Shown in pieces: positions 18,240-28,402 of a DNA stretch of 32,952 nucleotides. Both the position numbers and the translations under genes were made by a program. Numbering within the stretch: position 1 is the stretch's first letter; each line of letters opens with the position of its first letter. Source of the DNA: a virus (taxonomy: Duplodnaviria; Caudoviricetes). The stretch spans positions 1 through 32,952 of the IMG/VR virus record IMGVR_UViG_3300018074_000014; one strand, given 5' to 3'. A model generated the notes under the pieces. The model ran no database searches. It saw nothing but the letters and a program-made list of their open reading frames with translations, and was not told where the DNA came from.

Positions 18240-19154
18240 ATGGCCCTGTTTTTTGCTTCCACCAAGCCATGGATAACCGCAGTAGGAGAGATCGCCGATA
18301 CGATCGGGGCCTCTGCTCAGGGAGCGATGACCGATCGCGCCCACAAGTCTCTGGTTGCGGCGGTCCAGTACTTCAACGGCAAGAAGTGGGAGTTCATGAC
18401 CACCGAGGGGACCCCGACCCAGGTCTTCGGCCCCTTCAACGTCTCGGTCACCGCTTCCTCGGGACAGGTCACCGCGGCGGTCGTTACCGATCACGGCGTC
18501 AAGGTGGACGATCTTCTGGTAGGGAACGGCTTCGGTGCCGGGACGCGGGTAACGGCGACCGGGGCCAACTCGATCTCTTTCAACTTCGCGGTCGCGACTG
18601 CGTCCGGGGCGCAGAGCTACGACATCACGGCCCAGCGCGCCTTCTACGACTTGCCGTCCGACTTCAAGACCGAGTACTCGGTCCAGTTGCTGGGCAGTAA
18701 TCGCACGCTGTTCCCGCTGCGGCGCCGGATGCGGGTCCGTTCTCAGCCGCAGGAGAACTTGGCCTCTACCACCGATCGCTACGACATCTTCTCGGTGGGC
18801 CAGAAGGGCAAGATCAGGCTGGTCCACGATCCGGGCGGCAACGATGTGCTCCAGCTCGGCTACTACCGCCGGATCGCGGTCGGCTCGGCGTCGGGTGACA
18901 GCACTACGCTGGACATCCCGCACGACTACGAGCTTTACCTGCTCTCCTACGCCAAGTGGCACTTCCTGGTGGACAAGTCAGAGGGGCGGGTGGAGCAGGG
19001 GGCGGTCTGGATTGCTCTGGCCAAGGAGGGCCTGCAAACCATGATCGCGGACCAGACCGATCATCCCGACGAGGGGCTGGCGTTCACGCCCGGCCACTAC
19101 TGGGGCTACTCGACGTCTCCCAACGACGTCCGCCCCTACCTCAACGAGCCCTAA
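18240..19154 (+). CDS. head-tail adaptor (tail tubular protein A-like) with inserted beta domain
   Basis: N-terminal helix..WEF, YDLPSDF, YYRR, IPHDYELYLLSYA; synteny. Confidence 0.7.
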   Translation: MALFFASTKPWITAVGEIADTIGASAQGAMTDRAHKSLVAAVQYFNGKKWEFMTTEGTPTQVFGPFNVSVTASSGQVTAAVVTDHGVKVDDLLVGNGFGAGTRVTATGANSISFNFAVATASGAQSYDITAQRAFYDLPSDFKTEYSVQLLGSNRTLFPLRRRMRVRSQPQENLASTTDRYDIFSVGQKGKIRLVHDPGGNDVLQLGYYRRIAVGSASGDSTTLDIPHDYELYLLSYAKWHFLVDKSEGRVEQGAVWIALAKEGLQTMIADQTDHPDEGLAFTPGHYWGYSTSPNDVRPYLNEP

Positions 19155-21704
19155 ATGGCGAGGCACACCGAACCGCTCGACGGTGGCCTCGTCACCAATC
19201 TCGATCCCGCATTGCTCCAGCCTGGGCAGCTCTCCTACATTCGGAACGCGGTCTATAAGTCGGGGAGTCGGAGCTTACGCCGTGCCAAGGGGCGGGCCGC
19301 GTTCGGCACCGTTACGGCCACAGGCGAAGCCGTCGATGGCCTGAGGGACGCCAAGTTTGACAATGGCGATCACTACCTGCTCGCCCACGCCTCAGCGTCC
19401 TACCTGACCGCCACGGTGGGAGACACCGGGACCTTCGGAGTAGTTCTGAACGAGGTCGGCAACGGCGATCAACTCGACGTCGTCCATTACCGGAATCGGT
19501 TCTACCTGTTCAACGGGGTCCAGACCGACGCCACCGCGGCAGATTCAAACCGGGTCTTCTACCTGAGCGCCACCGCCGCCGCCTCGGCTCCGCTGACTCG
19601 ACTCCATGGCCTGCTGCCGGTGATCGATGCTCCTACCGTCACTACGGGAGCCGGGTCATTCTCTCAGAGTGTTACGGGCTACTACGAGTACTGGACCACT
19701 GAGGTGGCCAAGCTGACGCAGGACGGGGCGGAGCTGGTGATCGAATCCACCTTCGATGAGAAGACCGGACCCAGCACGGTATTCGTCTCGACGACAGCGA
19801 TAGTTCCCACCGTCCAGATGCCGGCGCTCCGCAATCCCAGCACCACTCACTGGCGCATCTATCGGAGTCCGAAGAAGGAGAAGGAGGCCGACAAGAAGTT
19901 CCCGACCGGATTCATGATCGCCGAGACGGCAGCATCAGGGGCCAGCGCCACGGCGTTTGTGAACGATACGCTGACGGTGGCATCGGCCTCCAGTTTTCCG
20001 AGCCTATTCAACACCGTGGCCCCGTTCTTCGACTTCGCCAATCGAGCGAATCTGGCGTCGGATAATGGTTCTTACGCTTCGGCTACTGTGCCATCCCTGC
20101 TGGTGCCGCAGCAGCAGGCGACCTACGGCTACAACCTGGGAGGCTTCACCGGCAACGTGAAGGGCATTCAAGTTGAGGTTCAGGGATACGTCTCTGGTGG
20201 AACCGGGCCAGTGCCGGTTCAGGTAACGATTGGGAAGCGGAATAGCAACGGTGGATTCGTCACCAACCTATTGTTACAGGGCACCTTCGCTTCAAAATCC
20301 GGGATCATCACTAGCACCAGCTCGGTGACTCCTACCACCTTTATCGTGGGCAGTTCCACCGATCGCTGGTTCCCGAGCAACGTCCCCGGACTGGTGGCGA
20401 CCGACTTCGATGGAAACTTCATGATCCGTCTCATGGTCTCCAAGCCCGGCGTTTCAGTTGGGATCGACTATCTCAAGGTCACGGCTCATTACTCCGCGAC
20501 CATCGACTCCGTGGTCCCGTTCCCGACCGTGGTTTACACTTTCGGCGACACCACGATCCAGGTCGGCAAGAACGGGCCGCCGCCCTCCGCGAATACCGGA
20601 GACATGTTTGAGGACTGTCTGGTCGTGAACGATGTCTTGGCGCCCAGTCTTATCAAGTGGTCCTATCCCGGAGACCCCGAAGCCTTCCCGCCCACTTATT
20701 TCCTCGACTTCGAGACCCGGGAGAACGATCGCATCCGGAACATCAAGACGGTCAACAATGTTCTGGTGGTGGGACTCGACAACTCGGTGTGGCGGGTCAA
20801 GTACCTGCCGAGCGAGCGGGACGCGAGTTTCGACCGCGGCAAGGCGATGGAGGCGATCAGCCGCACCTTCGGGATCGTCGATCCGATGTGCGCCTGCGTC
20901 TATACCCCGGACGGCAGCAGCACGGAGCGGCTGGCATTTGTCTCCAACAAGGGCATTCACTCGACGGACGGGTTCGACTTTCAGGACCTGACTCAACTCG
21001 ATTGGCGTCAGGTCATCTCTACCACCAGCACCAGCGCCCCGATTGCGCTGGTCAACGATCCGGAGGAATCCGAGCTCCTGTTCTACCACCGCAACGACAG
21101 CAACGCCAACGAGACCTATTTGTGTCTGCACTTGAACTACGGCTCGGATCACCTTCAGCCGAACGGGACCTGCAAGGTCTCGGGCCCTGTCCACATGCGG
21201 AACTTCACGACCCCGAACTTCGCCAGTCTGGAGTCAGCCTGGGCAGTCCCGCGCTCCTCCGGCGCCCATGGTGTTTATCTGGGCTACGGTGGAACGGGGG
21301 CCGCCACTGCGGCGGGATCGGGCAGGGTCTACTTCGAGACCGGGAGCACCATCCCGGCCGAAGACCCGGCCTACGCCTATCGAACCCGGCGCATGTATCT
21401 GGCGGGGTTCGCCAACGAGTGGAAGCTGGATGAGATTTACAACTACATCTCCAGCCATACCGGGTCGCAGTCGGTCCAGTACACGCTGCTCAATACGCTC
21501 ACCAACAACACCTCGGGGGAGCAGTCGGTTTCGGAGCCGGTGTTCTCGCTGAACGGTCAGGTGTTCCACTATCTGCCGATCAATACGGGTCAGGCGGAAG
21601 GGCTCCGGATTCAGGTAGCGGTTACGGCGGGACACGACGACATCGCCGACGAGTTCCTGGTGCTTGAGGGCCAGGGCTTCGGCCAGCAGGACTCCAAGCG
21701 ATGA
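19155..21704 (+). CDS. tail nozzle / stabilisation protein (tubular protein B-like)
   Basis: GGLVT...RNAVY..G.LRRAKG N-terminus, beta-propeller-like segments, 849 aa; synteny. Confidence 0.75.
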   Translation: MARHTEPLDGGLVTNLDPALLQPGQLSYIRNAVYKSGSRSLRRAKGRAAFGTVTATGEAVDGLRDAKFDNGDHYLLAHASASYLTATVGDTGTFGVVLNEVGNGDQLDVVHYRNRFYLFNGVQTDATAADSNRVFYLSATAAASAPLTRLHGLLPVIDAPTVTTGAGSFSQSVTGYYEYWTTEVAKLTQDGAELVIESTFDEKTGPSTVFVSTTAIVPTVQMPALRNPSTTHWRIYRSPKKEKEADKKFPTGFMIAETAASGASATAFVNDTLTVASASSFPSLFNTVAPFFDFANRANLASDNGSYASATVPSLLVPQQQATYGYNLGGFTGNVKGIQVEVQGYVSGGTGPVPVQVTIGKRNSNGGFVTNLLLQGTFASKSGIITSTSSVTPTTFIVGSSTDRWFPSNVPGLVATDFDGNFMIRLMVSKPGVSVGIDYLKVTAHYSATIDSVVPFPTVVYTFGDTTIQVGKNGPPPSANTGDMFEDCLVVNDVLAPSLIKWSYPGDPEAFPPTYFLDFETRENDRIRNIKTVNNVLVVGLDNSVWRVKYLPSERDASFDRGKAMEAISRTFGIVDPMCACVYTPDGSSTERLAFVSNKGIHSTDGFDFQDLTQLDWRQVISTTSTSAPIALVNDPEESELLFYHRNDSNANETYLCLHLNYGSDHLQPNGTCKVSGPVHMRNFTTPNFASLESAWAVPRSSGAHGVYLGYGGTGAATAAGSGRVYFETGSTIPAEDPAYAYRTRRMYLAGFANEWKLDEIYNYISSHTGSQSVQYTLLNTLTNNTSGEQSVSEPVFSLNGQVFHYLPINTGQAEGLRIQVAVTAGHDDIADEFLVLEGQGFGQQDSKR

Positions 21705-23779
21705 GGGACTACACGGGGGCTCCGTTCCAGCGCCTCGATCCCGAGGTGCGTGCGGCGATCGCTCCGATCGACTTCTATCTGCGCGACCTGACCAAGGGGA
21801 TGGCGCGGATCGAGAAGGGCGAGGTCCCGGACGGATCGGGCAGGCCGATCGTTCCGACCGATGGCGACTTCCTGTTCAAGCCCGGCATCTCCGGAGGCCA
21901 GATCGCCAGCGGGGGCACCAATGCCGGCGAGAACCTGGAGTTCCATTCCACCGCGCATCAGGATCGCGGCTCGATCCTGCTGGGCAGTTCGATCGCGGTG
22001 GACGAGGACAACATCCGGCTCGGGATCAATACTATTTCTCCTACCGCTAAGCTGGCCATCGCCACCGTTCCCGCAACCGCATTGCAGGCGAATAGTGACA
22101 TCACCACATTCAACACTCAGTGGGGCACCACCGGCGCGGCAACTCAATGGGAGGCGATTAAAACCGCCGATGATACGACCTCGTTTGCCCATCGACATGG
22201 CGATACAGGTTCCTACGTTTTCTCGATGGGACTAGATGGAGTGGTGAATCGGACCACATCTCCGGTATGGACCGTATCCTATCGTGCTAGATACGAAGGC
22301 GTTGTCCCGACTGCTAGTACGGTTTTCAGATTTGGGATCGGTGACAGTACTGGTCAGCAGGCACAAAGCCCAACCATAGATGCTACCGCCCTTACTACGT
22401 CGTGGATTGACTACACTACGACGGTGACGTTCCCGCAACCCGGAACCGCTGCGGCCAACAGCTTGCAACTGATCGCTGTGGTTGCGGTTGATTTCGATGG
22501 ATACATCGAAATCACCTATGTATCCATAATGGCCGGAGGTTCCGGGGATCGCCTTACTGACTGGTATAGCAATGGATCGTTGATTTCATGGATAGACGCC
22601 AATGCTTTCGCTAACTTCACGCGGTTGAATCTGCTCGATGCCACCGGAGACGCCCTGAGCATCGTTCCGGCCTCTGCCACAACGGCGCACACCCTGACCA
22701 TGCCGGGGGCGCAGGGAGCGGTTGATACGGTGCTCAAGAACAACGGCTCGGGCGCCCTATCGTGGGTCACGATATCGTCCCTTGGCGGGGCCTTCGCCGA
22801 CAGTATTTTCAGGATCGTTGGATCGAGTGACGCGACCAAGAAGCTGGCTTTCGAGGTGGACGGATTCACTACGGCAACGACGCGAACCATGACGCCGCCC
22901 AACGCTTCAGGAACGCTGGCACTAATCGATCTGGCCCAGACCTTCACTAAAGCCCAGTCGTTTTTTGACGCGGGGGGTGGGACGCTGACGATTAACATGG
23001 CGTCGGCCCAATACGTCTTTGAGTTGGTGGACAGTGTCGCCAATCGACTGCTGGCCGTGGATGTAACCGAATCCTCGTTCAATGTCCCCGCGTTCTTCTT
23101 ATGGCCCGGCGGCTCGGTTGGAACCGGATTTAGGGCCGCCTTCCTCCCCGCCGCGCTGACGGCCGATCGCAACTATACCTTCCCCAACGCCACCGGCACG
23201 GTGCCGTTGCTGGCCGCTGCGCAGACCTTCAACGGGGCCACTACGCTCGGGCCCGGCTGCATTCTGATCTCCAGCACCGCCGCATCCGGGGTCTCGTTCA
23301 CCGATACCACGACCGCGACCAAGAAGTTGCGGGTCGTGATGTCGGGGGCGGTGGGGAACAACACGATCACGGTGGCCAATGTGGCGGCTCGTGACTACAA
23401 GCTAGGCGATGATTCCGGTACCGTTGACCTGATCGTGGCGCCCAGCAGCGCGACGGTTGACAAGACGGGCCAGACCGCCAGCATTGGGGCCACGACCGCC
23501 TATACCACGGTCCATGCCGGCTTCTACCGGATGTCGGCCTACTGGGTCTTCACCGCGGTCACGGTGGCTGGCACGCTGACGGTGTCGGCGCTCTACACCG
23601 ATCCGCAGCAGGCCCAGACCAACGCCTTCATTAACGCGGTGGCGTTCGCGGCGGCTGGCAGCTTCGCGCAGGGCTCGTGCGTGTTCTACGCCACCACTGG
23701 GACCACGATCCAGTTCTCTACCACGCTGGTAAATACCGGCACCTACAACATCTACGTCCGGGTGGAAAGTCTGACTTAG
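21701..23779 (+). CDS. tail fibre / receptor-binding protein
   Basis: Thr/Gly/Ala-rich; repeated T..RT(M/Y)T.PNA(S/T)GT(L/V).L...AQTF and ATKKL motifs. Confidence 0.75.
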   Translation: MRDYTGAPFQRLDPEVRAAIAPIDFYLRDLTKGMARIEKGEVPDGSGRPIVPTDGDFLFKPGISGGQIASGGTNAGENLEFHSTAHQDRGSILLGSSIAVDEDNIRLGINTISPTAKLAIATVPATALQANSDITTFNTQWGTTGAATQWEAIKTADDTTSFAHRHGDTGSYVFSMGLDGVVNRTTSPVWTVSYRARYEGVVPTASTVFRFGIGDSTGQQAQSPTIDATALTTSWIDYTTTVTFPQPGTAAANSLQLIAVVAVDFDGYIEITYVSIMAGGSGDRLTDWYSNGSLISWIDANAFANFTRLNLLDATGDALSIVPASATTAHTLTMPGAQGAVDTVLKNNGSGALSWVTISSLGGAFADSIFRIVGSSDATKKLAFEVDGFTTATTRTMTPPNASGTLALIDLAQTFTKAQSFFDAGGGTLTINMASAQYVFELVDSVANRLLAVDVTESSFNVPAFFLWPGGSVGTGFRAAFLPAALTADRNYTFPNATGTVPLLAAAQTFNGATTLGPGCILISSTAASGVSFTDTTTATKKLRVVMSGAVGNNTITVANVAARDYKLGDDSGTVDLIVAPSSATVDKTGQTASIGATTAYTTVHAGFYRMSAYWVFTAVTVAGTLTVSALYTDPQQAQTNAFINAVAFAAAGSFAQGSCVFYATTGTTIQFSTTLVNTGTYNIYVRVESLT

Positions 23780-23787
23780 GAGGAGTA

Positions 23788-24006
23788 ATGGCGCGAGCGC
23801 AGGCGACGATCATCAAGACCGCCAACCCGGCCGGCTGGTACTGGACCTTCGATCGGCTGGACACCCCGGACGCGACGGTGGACAACTTCGCCACCGCGGC
23901 CAACCCCAACGCGGCGCTGGATTTCATCAAGCCGCTGATCGCGGGGTTGCCTGGGACCATGTCCAGAGTGGTCATCACGGTTGATTCTTTCGAGCCCCCG
24001 ACGTAG
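23788..24006 (+). CDS. hypothetical protein
   Basis: ATG 23788 with AGGAGGAG RBS. Confidence 0.6.
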   Translation: MARAQATIIKTANPAGWYWTFDRLDTPDATVDNFATAANPNAALDFIKPLIAGLPGTMSRVVITVDSFEPPT

Positions 24007-24036
24007 CATCGTTTTAGCGCCAGGGAGGGCGCGCCC

Positions 24037-24603
24037 ATGGACCCAACGCTGATTGCGGCGCTGCTATCCTCGCTTCCCGGACTGCTCGGAGCCCTGTTCG
24101 GAGACCCGAACAAGAAACTCCGCGGGGCGGTCCGCAACCTGACCTCAGCCGGCAATATCGGCAAGGTTACAAACCAGTTCTATCAGCAGGCCCTTGGGAG
24201 TCCAGCCTATGCTCAGGCGCAAGGCGCGATCGCTGCGGGCGCCAACACCGCTCAGGGCCAACTTGCGAGCAGCCTCGGTGCTCGTGGCCTCGGAACCTCC
24301 GGCACCGCCTCGATCCTCGGGGCGGCGATCCCGTCGATGATTGGCGGCCAGCAGGCGGGGCTTCGTACTTCGGCCTATGGCTCGGCCCAGAGCCAGGCCC
24401 AGCAGTCGATTGAGGCCCAGCTTCGGGCCCTGCTCGGAACTCAGGGGCCATCTCCGGCCCAGCAGGGAATCGCAGGCGGTATCGAGGCGTTCGCGCCCTA
24501 TCTCCGGCAGCTGCTGGCGAACCTCGGTCGGGGCGGCCTGCCGCGCAATGCCCTCGCAGGTGCAGCGAACTACGGTGGCCCACCCGTGCAGCCGAGATTC
24601 TAA
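24037..24603 (+). CDS. putative DNA ejection/internal virion protein 1
   Basis: Hydrophobic N-terminus MDPTLIAALL.., Gly/Ala/Gln-rich, ARGLGTSG motif; synteny. Confidence 0.65.
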   Translation: MDPTLIAALLSSLPGLLGALFGDPNKKLRGAVRNLTSAGNIGKVTNQFYQQALGSPAYAQAQGAIAAGANTAQGQLASSLGARGLGTSGTASILGAAIPSMIGGQQAGLRTSAYGSAQSQAQQSIEAQLRALLGTQGPSPAQQGIAGGIEAFAPYLRQLLANLGRGGLPRNALAGAANYGGPPVQPRF

Positions 24604-25784
24604 TGAGCGCCGGGCTTGGGGGGTTGAGCGGAACGCTACAGGCGCAGAGCGTACTGTCCATGATGGAGCAACTGCAGCAACGCCAGCAGGAAGACCTGGC
24701 ACAGCGCTCGGCCGAGTTGGAGCAGCAGGCGTCCCAGGCCCAAGGCCAGTACCAGCAGGCGGCGGCAGCCCCTGAGCCACAGCTTGACCCGGCCGACGTC
24801 TTCGTTCCCACTCTGCTCGGCCACATCGCCTCGATCATCGGACAGGACCCGGGCTTCATCCAGCGGGCGCAGGAAGGAATCAAAGCCAAGAAGTCAGATT
24901 TGCTCAAGGCCCGCGCCGACAATCTCCTGGCTCTCCGGGATGTCTACTCCCAGAAGGCCGACGAAGCCCAGCAGGCCGGAGACCTGGACAGCACGGAGAA
25001 GTACCGGCGCCAGTACGAGACGCTGACCAAGACGTTGGATACGGTGAATCAGAGCAGGTCGACCGCCGAATCACTGGAGAACCTGCGGCACCAAAACCGG
25101 CTGGCAGAGATCGCGGCGCGCGGCTCCGCCAAGGCGGAACCGCTGGTGATAGTGGAGGGTCCCACCGGACCAGAATACGTTCCGCGCTCCGAGGCGGTGG
25201 GCAGAAAGGCCACGACTCCCTCTGCGACCCGCGGCAAGATACCGACCGCCGGCGAACGCGAGGCTCTGGTCGGAGACCTGGCGATCATCAAGCAGCTGGG
25301 TGACACCAGAACCTATTTCAAGCCCGAGTTCACGGGTCCGGTGACGGGCGGTCTGACTGGTAGCTTAACGCAGGCGATCGGGATCGGCCGTCGTCCGGGT
25401 GAGGGGAGATTCCGCGCGGCGCTGGCTGGAATCCGGAACCAGATTTTGAAGCTGAGGTCCGGAGCGGCGATCACGACGGCCGAGGCCCAGCGGCTACTTG
25501 AGGAGCTTCCGACCCCGGACAATCCTCCCGACACCTTCAACGATAAGCTGGACCAGTTCGAGGAGACGTTCCGGGAGATCGCCCAGAACCGCCGTGACGT
25601 CATGGCGGAGACCGGAGTGGACGTGGAGAAGCTCCGTCCCCTGCCCCCGACGCTTAAGGGGGCTACCCCGGTCGAGACTCCTACCTACGTCCGCATGAAG
25701 AAGCCCAACGGACAAATCCGTGACGTCAGGTCGGACAAAGTGTCAGAGGCGGTATCGAACGGCTGGAAGCGGGCGCCCAAGTGA
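24603..25784 (+). CDS. putative DNA ejection/internal virion protein 2
   Basis: Gln-rich coiled coil; RSGAAITTAE motif; synteny. Confidence 0.6.
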   Translation: MSAGLGGLSGTLQAQSVLSMMEQLQQRQQEDLAQRSAELEQQASQAQGQYQQAAAAPEPQLDPADVFVPTLLGHIASIIGQDPGFIQRAQEGIKAKKSDLLKARADNLLALRDVYSQKADEAQQAGDLDSTEKYRRQYETLTKTLDTVNQSRSTAESLENLRHQNRLAEIAARGSAKAEPLVIVEGPTGPEYVPRSEAVGRKATTPSATRGKIPTAGEREALVGDLAIIKQLGDTRTYFKPEFTGPVTGGLTGSLTQAIGIGRRPGEGRFRAALAGIRNQILKLRSGAAITTAEAQRLLEELPTPDNPPDTFNDKLDQFEETFREIAQNRRDVMAETGVDVEKLRPLPPTLKGATPVETPTYVRMKKPNGQIRDVRSDKVSEAVSNGWKRAPK

Positions 25785-27040
25785 CGCGCGATCCCAACTG
25801 GGAGCCAGCAGGAACGCTGCCGGTCTCCGATCCAGACTGGGAGCCGGAGGGGACCCGGATTCCGGTCCGGGAGCATTCCAGGACCTCCAGGAATGCCCAG
25901 GAAGCCCAGGCAGAGGCGATCGGCATGGCGGCTGCCTCCGAGGTCAGGAGCCAGGCCGGAGGCCGCCTGGCTGCAATGTTGCCCGCCCTGGGAGGACTCG
26001 GCGGTGGTCTCGCCGGGGGGATTCCGGGCGCTACGATCGGTGGCATGGTCGGTAAGGCGGTCCAGCTAGGCCCGCGGGGGCTGAGGGCTGCAGCCGGAAT
26101 CCGTCCGTGGCGCAAGAGCGTGGCGGCGGAGCGTGCCAACGATCTGCGGGATATCGCCCGGGCCGGGGTCGAGCAGGGACTGCTCCAGACTGCCGGGGTC
26201 GGGGTTGCCAAGGTGATGGGCGGCGCGGGTACGTTGGCCATGAGAGCGGCCCTCAAGGCTGACCCCCGCGTTGCCCGTACCGCGATTCAAGAAGGGATCA
26301 CCGCTAGCAAATGGGGTCTCGGCAAGCTCAAGGGGAAGATCGTCTCGTCGGGCGCGGCTACGGCCAACCTCATTCGCCAAGCAACCAAACAGGGCGCCGA
26401 GTTGAATCCAGTTCAAATCGCCAGAGAAATCTTTCAGGACCTTGGGCCAGCTGCCACTAATCGAGCCTTGCCGGTTCCAGCGCAAACGATACTGCGGGAA
26501 CAGACTGAAGCGTTTCTTCGCGCTAATCCCGGCAGCCGGATTACTCCGACAAAACTCCAGGCGATCAAGCAAAGTTCGGATGCCGTCTTGAGCCGGTATT
26601 ACGCCAAGCTTCAGCCCGGCAAACACGTCAATCCCAAAGAGCTTCCAATCCGGCTGCGGTGGCATCTGGCGGTGGCCGATCGCTCCCGTGCTGCGCTGGA
26701 AAACATCCCAGGACTGGGGCCGCAGATCGCCGCGTCCAACGCGCGGACTCAATCGCTGATCGAAGTCCAGGGGCGACTATTTCCTGCTTCGCAGGGATTG
26801 GACGCCAAGCTCGCCCAGCTGGCGCTTCGCCATGGGACTGGGGCCGCCATCGGCGGGGCGATTGGTGCGGGCCAGCCGGGAGAACGAGGCCGGAATATTG
26901 CGCTCGGTGCTCTGGCCGGAACCGCCGCCAGCTCGCCATTTGCCCTCTCCCATATTGCGCTCTTGGCGAATAACCCGATGCTGGCCCAGATGGTCCGTGG
27001 CGCACCGCACGTCGGAAGTGCCCTGCTAGCCGAACCCTAG
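25781..27040 (+). CDS. putative DNA ejection/internal virion protein 3
   Basis: Glycine-zipper segments (GGLGGGLAGG, GAAIGGAIGAG); synteny. Confidence 0.6.
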   Translation: MTRDPNWEPAGTLPVSDPDWEPEGTRIPVREHSRTSRNAQEAQAEAIGMAAASEVRSQAGGRLAAMLPALGGLGGGLAGGIPGATIGGMVGKAVQLGPRGLRAAAGIRPWRKSVAAERANDLRDIARAGVEQGLLQTAGVGVAKVMGGAGTLAMRAALKADPRVARTAIQEGITASKWGLGKLKGKIVSSGAATANLIRQATKQGAELNPVQIAREIFQDLGPAATNRALPVPAQTILREQTEAFLRANPGSRITPTKLQAIKQSSDAVLSRYYAKLQPGKHVNPKELPIRLRWHLAVADRSRAALENIPGLGPQIAASNARTQSLIEVQGRLFPASQGLDAKLAQLALRHGTGAAIGGAIGAGQPGERGRNIALGALAGTAASSPFALSHIALLANNPMLAQMVRGAPHVGSALLAEP

Positions 27041-27093
27041 AGGGGGATCACCGTGACGGACCATGACAGCACGGCCCACGGAAGGGCCACCCC

Positions 27094-27612
27094 ATGAACC
27101 CCGATCAGGTGCTCGCTCGCGCTCGGCAAGCGATCGGGCAGGGCTGCGTTTACAAGCTCGGAGCCGGGGGCAGGAAGCCGTTCGCCCCGCTGCCGTGGAT
27201 CGGTCCCCCCGAGTGCGATTGCTCGGGCTTCGTCGCCTGGTGTCTCGGCGTGGACCGCCACACCGATAACCCTTGGTACAAGAACCAGAACGGCGGCTGG
27301 ATCGAGACCACGGCCATCTGTAGGGACAGCGACAGCCCCTACGGCATTTTCACCAAGGTGAAGTGGGAGGACGCGCTGCCGGGGATGTTGGTGGTCTATG
27401 GCGACAGGGTGATCGAGGGTACGCGCCGGCAGGGACACGTTGGCATCGTCACGGCAGTGGATCACGGGCCATCGCACGTCATCCATTGCAGCCTTGGCAA
27501 CTGGCACAAGACAGGTGATGCGATTCAGGAGACCGGACCTGCGGCGTGGAAGGCGCGGGGCGACGCCATCGTTGCCGCCTGCGGATTCGTCGAGGCGGAG
27601 CGTTCAGCATGA
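27094..27612 (+). CDS. endolysin, NlpC/P60-CHAP-type cysteine peptidase
   Basis: Catalytic DCSGFVAW and GHVGIV..VIHC motifs. Confidence 0.85.
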   Translation: MNPDQVLARARQAIGQGCVYKLGAGGRKPFAPLPWIGPPECDCSGFVAWCLGVDRHTDNPWYKNQNGGWIETTAICRDSDSPYGIFTKVKWEDALPGMLVVYGDRVIEGTRRQGHVGIVTAVDHGPSHVIHCSLGNWHKTGDAIQETGPAAWKARGDAIVAACGFVEAERSA

Positions 27613-27649
27613 CCGCCATCGGGGCGGCACCAGCGGGGGAGTGGCGTGA

Positions 27650-27847
27650 ATGCAGATGATCCCAGACGAGTGGAAGCTGGTTCTCTACCTGTTGGGCCTG
27701 GTGTTCATCGCTGGGGGAGCGTTCGCGAACCTCAAGCGGATGGACGGCCGGCTGGAGAAGCTGGAGCGCCGGGAGCGGTGGGCGAACAGTTGTATCCAGG
27801 TGGTCTTCTCACAGCTCGGTCTGTCCGTGCCGAAGGAGCCGGAATGA
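27650..27847 (+). CDS. single-TM protein, lysis accessory (holin/antiholin-like)
   Basis: TM segment plus short coiled coil; lies in the lysis cassette. Confidence 0.55.
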   Translation: MQMIPDEWKLVLYLLGLVFIAGGAFANLKRMDGRLEKLERRERWANSCIQVVFSQLGLSVPKEPE

Positions 27848-27960
27848 TGAAGCGGCCTTCGATCTGGCGCTGGCCCGGCTCGATCGCGATCTGTTGCGGC
27901 GTCGTGTTCATGATTATCGCAGCCACGCTCCTGGTGCTGACGCGCGTCAAGCCCGGATGA
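27844..27960 (+). CDS. 38 aa single-TM peptide
   Basis: MMKRPSIWRWPGSIAICCGVVFMIIAATLLVLTRVKPG; ATGA-coupled at both ends. Confidence 0.5.
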   Translation: MMKRPSIWRWPGSIAICCGVVFMIIAATLLVLTRVKPG

Positions 27961-28256
27961 CGCCGCGTCGCAACCCCTGGCTCGCCCGGCTGGTGAACGT
28001 CGATCTCAAGGAGATGATCAAGCTGGCGCTCCTGATCGGAGGTATCTTGGGCGGCTGCGAGATAAACCAGCGTGACATCCGCTCCGTGGCCTCATCTTCA
28101 GACTCCACCACGATCCGACTGGAAAAGAAGATCGCCCGGCTGGAACGACGTCTCGATCGGATGGAGCCCAGGAAACATCGGACCCGAGTCGCCGAGAATC
28201 CCAACCTCGTGACCCGCTTCTGGCAGGCCCTTCCGTTCACAGGAGGCAACTCATGA
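27957..28256 (+). CDS. spanin-like membrane-anchored coiled-coil protein (Rz-like)
   Basis: Hydrophobic anchor ending in LGGC, followed by coiled coil RLEKKIARLERRLDRME. Confidence 0.5.
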   Translation: MTPRRNPWLARLVNVDLKEMIKLALLIGGILGGCEINQRDIRSVASSSDSTTIRLEKKIARLERRLDRMEPRKHRTRVAENPNLVTRFWQALPFTGGNS

Positions 28257-28402
28257 AGCTGATCAGCCTATTGGCATTGCTGCTCCTGATCGCGGGCTGC
28301 GAGAAGAAGACGATCCGCATCTACAAGATCATGGCGCCCGTCGATACGGTCTGGGTGAGCCCGTGTCCGCACTATCCACCGTGTCATCCGAGGTGCCGAT
28401 AG
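28253..28402 (+). CDS. small Pro/Cys-rich lipoprotein (o-spanin/Rz1-like)
   Basis: Missing from the track (49 aa): MKLISLLALLLLIAG-CEKK...PCPHYPPCHPRCR; lipobox; AGGAGG RBS. Confidence 0.65.
   Translation: MKLISLLALLLLIAGCEKKTIRIYKIMAPVDTVWVSPCPHYPPCHPRCR

Noticed and set aside
4039-26752. Many long minus-strand ORFs (e.g. 6103-7215, 10394-11263, 17895-18962)
   Set aside because: Shadow ORFs opposite high-GC coding genes, with no recognisable motifs.
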